Assembly (NCBI RefSeq): GCF_000803625.1
Contig: NZ_CP007496.1
Location: 600,001 to 632,000, forward strand
Length of the DNA stretch: 32,000 nucleotides
Direction: 5' to 3'
Source: Candidatus Nanosynbacter lyticus
GTDB taxonomy: Bacteria; Patescibacteriota; Saccharimonadia; Saccharimonadales; Saccharimonadaceae
The notes under the pieces are model-generated. The model saw nothing but the letters and a program-made list of their open reading frames with translations. It did no database searches and was not told the DNA's origin. Each line of letters starts with the position of its first letter. The stretch's first letter is position 1. The position numbers and the translations under genes were made by a program. This document shows, piece by piece, positions 31,910 through 32,000 of this stretch.

Positions 31910-31999
31910 TTACGATTTAATTATCGTTCCAGCTGAGCCGTTGATTGCTTCAGCAGTTTTATCTAACGAGGTAATAATTGACGTGCGGCCCGGCTTGCC
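31910..31999 (-). CDS. 3' end (29 codons) of an unidentified gene that extends beyond the window
   Basis: The frame is open from the window edge and reads ...GKPGRTSIITSLDKTAEAINGSAGTIIKS, with stop TAA at 31912-31910 followed by the hairpin. It is too short to identify. Confidence 0.3.
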   Translation of the reverse strand, partial: GKPGRTSIITSLDKTAEAINGSAGTIIKS

Positions 32000-32000
32000 A

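Noticed and set aside
1-32000. A search for CRISPR arrays, IS elements, transposases, integrases, rRNA genes, tmRNA, RNase P RNA and long tandem repeats.
   Set aside because: I found no regularly spaced direct repeats, no terminal inverted repeats, and no DDE or tyrosine/serine recombinase-like ORFs. No conserved RNA signatures appeared in any intergenic region. The only mobile-like signal is the cassette inside lepA.

Overview
The window is a gene-dense (about 90% coding) bacterial chromosome segment in the standard genetic code, made up mostly of housekeeping genes. Gene content and protein sequences resemble a reduced CPR/Patescibacteria (Saccharibacteria-like) genome; that assignment is inference only. 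Genes in order: sodA (3' part); the heat-shock operon hrcA-grpE-dnaK with three CIRCE operators; an LssY-like membrane protein; gmk; lepA; murJ; ftsH; tilS; three tRNA genes that all carry a CAU anticodon; a membrane protein / ATP-cone / flavoprotein operon; an ftsB-like gene; murC; a MazG-like gene; trmB; mscS; YtxH and DUF948-like stress proteins; a decayed VIT1 gene; a GH5 glycosidase; aspS; an Mrr-type nuclease-fold protein; a CNNM/CBS transporter; a DsbA-like protein; and two tandem corA paralogs. I saw no CRISPR array, rRNA, transposase or integrase. Main observations: (1) lepA is split at the domain II/III boundary into two intact ORFs by a ~1 kb AT-rich insertion. The insertion carries a decayed MazG-like gene and an orphan ORF and is flanked by a diverged direct repeat. 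(2) At least 11 promoter-proximal genes have a -10 box exactly 6-7 nt upstream of the start codon, which implies leaderless mRNAs, while most operon-internal and several promoter-proximal genes have strong Shine-Dalgarno sites. (3) CIRCE operators are interleaved with the -35/-10 elements. (4) The initiator tRNA is atypical (C1xC72, only two G:C pairs at the base of the anticodon stem). (5) A disulfide-reductase-family flavoprotein has lost both redox cysteines and sits in an operon with a stand-alone ATP-cone protein. All calls come from reading the sequence and from motif recall; no database search was run.
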